Below, piece after piece: positions 62,300-64,000 of a stretch of 64,000 nucleotides of DNA. The notes under the pieces are model-generated. The model was not told the DNA's origin, did not search any database, and saw nothing but the letters and a program-made list of their open reading frames with translations. Numbering within the stretch: the stretch's first letter is position 1; each line of letters begins with the position of its first letter. A program made the position numbers and the translations under genes. This DNA is from Podarcis cretensis (lineage: Eukaryota), in the NCBI GenBank assembly GCA_951804945.1, contig OX638160.1, positions 37,510,001-37,574,000 on the forward strand. Reading direction: 5' to 3'.

Positions 62300-62405
62300 T
62301 CCTGATCTCCGGATGTAGCTGGACTACAACTCTCCACCGACCAGGGATTATGGGAGCTGTGTAGTCCAAATCATCTGGAGGGCACCAGGTTCATGAAGCA
62401 TGCCC
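62300..62405. mobile_element. Second, decayed copy of the same hAT-type MITE family
   Basis: CTCCGGATGTAGCTGGACTACAACTC...GGGAGCTGTGTAGTCCAAATCATCTGGAGGGCACCAGGTT palindromic core. Confidence 0.65.
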
Positions 62406-62560
62406 TAAATAACTTATCTTCTTCTCTGGGATGGTCCATACCCTCTAGTGTTGCCCAATGCAACAGGTTGTTAGAGTCAACTTCTGTTGTACTTTGCTCC
62501 CAGACAGTGAGATGTGTTGGTGTGTATGGCACTGGTACGCAAAATGAACAACCTTTAGTG

Positions 62561-62696
62561 TAGATGGGGGAACCTGTGGTTTTCAGCTGTAGTTGGGACT
62601 CCAGCTACCATCAGCTGCAGCTGGTATGGCCATTGTTCATGAGGATGGAAGATGCAGTCTAGCAACATCTGGAAGGCCACAGGTTCCACATCCCTG
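62561..62696. mobile_element. Non-autonomous hAT-type MITE
   Basis: Imperfect terminal inverted repeats GGGGAACCTGTGG ... CCACAGGTTCCACATCCCTG, an internal quasi-palindrome, and a following CTCTAGAA (Charlie-like target consensus). Confidence 0.7.
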
Positions 62697-64000
62697 CTCT
62701 AGAACAATGCCACAGAATTTAATGGGGCTACTGGAGAGTAAAAATAAAAAGCTGTCGCTGGAAGACTTGGACCTGGAAAATCCCTGTACTGGAAATCCTG
62801 TCTAAGTAAAAATTTCAGGAGGCCTTGAAGTCTTTTCTTCCTCCCCACCCTGCCTAAGCTTTACTGGGAGTATCAATGAATGAGACTTCTTCCATCCGGT
62901 TGTTATGATGGTGCATGAGATCACTGCTATAAAGCACTTTGCAGACTTTTGTAACCTTCCACATCCCCCAAAGTTGGATGGAAATTAGTGGAGGACAAGA
63001 TCCAAACCATTTGATGGCTGTTTTGCTATACCTTAAAATTCCCCCTTTCTTTGCTCATTCCGTAGTATACTCATCTGAACCCAGAATTACTATTGATGCC
63101 ATTAGCCATCCATTTATTTATACTCTGTACGCTAAGCACGTTTAGCTGGAAGCAAAACTCAAAAGACTTCAGTGGAACTTGCTTCTAAGTACTGTATAGT
63201 ACATGTGCTGTCGATAGGAGCATTGCCGAGTTTATCAGTCCCCCTTGTTCTTAAAGGTTTAAGGTGAATTTAAAAAGCCCGTCGACTGAAACGTTTCCTG
63301 CCAAACCTCATCCAAACAGAACCCATCGCATTAATCTGGGTGGAATTTACGCACGAGAACTTCTCAACGGATTGCGCTCTGCATAAATTGAAGCTCCCAG
63401 ATGGAAAGAGTTCTATATTATTAAGGAAGAAGTAGAGATATTGTCAAATCTGTACTTAAAGCTGTGTAACGAACTGAATGTGTTAAGAGTTATCCTATAA
63501 AAAGAAAAATAACTGCTCTCGAGTAAGTGCATTGTGTTTTGCAGGTTGGGCACTCTGCTCCTAAATGCTCTCCTAGACACCCCAGGTAAACCCGACTGGC
63601 CACAAATAAATATCAGTGGGATTTATTTTCAGTTAAATGGTTTTGGGTCTGGGAAGGAAGACACCGTCAAATGGATCTGGAGTATTATGGTTTTGACTGT
63701 AGGACTGTCGCTGTCCCTTTACTGCCGATATTTCTCACCTCAACGAAAATAAATGTGTTTTTCAAACTCCAGATAATCCCTACAAAGAGTTACTGCTTTA
63801 ATAAACAGGAATTTAAAAATCTGTGACCTTCTGGTGTAACAGCTTGCTGCAGGCGACCATATTTCTATAAAAAAATAATGAGACGGGGTGTGTTCAGAAG
63901 TACTGTTACTTAATCCGCACGTTCAGTTCTTGCAATGACCGAGGGCGACTAACAGTTCACAGGAAATATTGTGGAATCTCCATCAAACATGACAAAAAAA

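Overview
Vertebrate genomic DNA containing the posterior half of a HoxA cluster, all genes on the minus strand. From left to right: HOXA9 (261 aa), the HoxA-linked miR-196 hairpin (miR-196b locus), HOXA10 (413 aa), HOXA11 (336 aa) and HOXA13 (321 aa). Each gene has two exons with GT-AG phase-1 junctions that I placed to the base. The repeat content points to a squamate (lizard) genome, which is an inference: a 5'-truncated LINE with a target-site duplication, hAT-type MITEs, a LINE 3' tail, and more than a dozen copies of a short palindromic repeat. No CRISPR, tRNA or rRNA was seen. I found no new protein family. The strongest leads are regulatory: (1) an exact 173-nt exitron in HOXA9 exon 1 plus upstream phase-1 donors, which together could give combinatorial homeodomain-only, homeodomain-less and chimeric isoforms; (2) NR6A1/GCNF-type DR0 elements concentrated around HOXA13; (3) transposon insertion and a 173-bp tandem duplication near a CTCF site between HOXA10 and HOXA11; (4) unusual homopolymer tracts and motif substitutions in the Hox proteins. 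Comparisons with human or mouse are from memory and need alignment to confirm.
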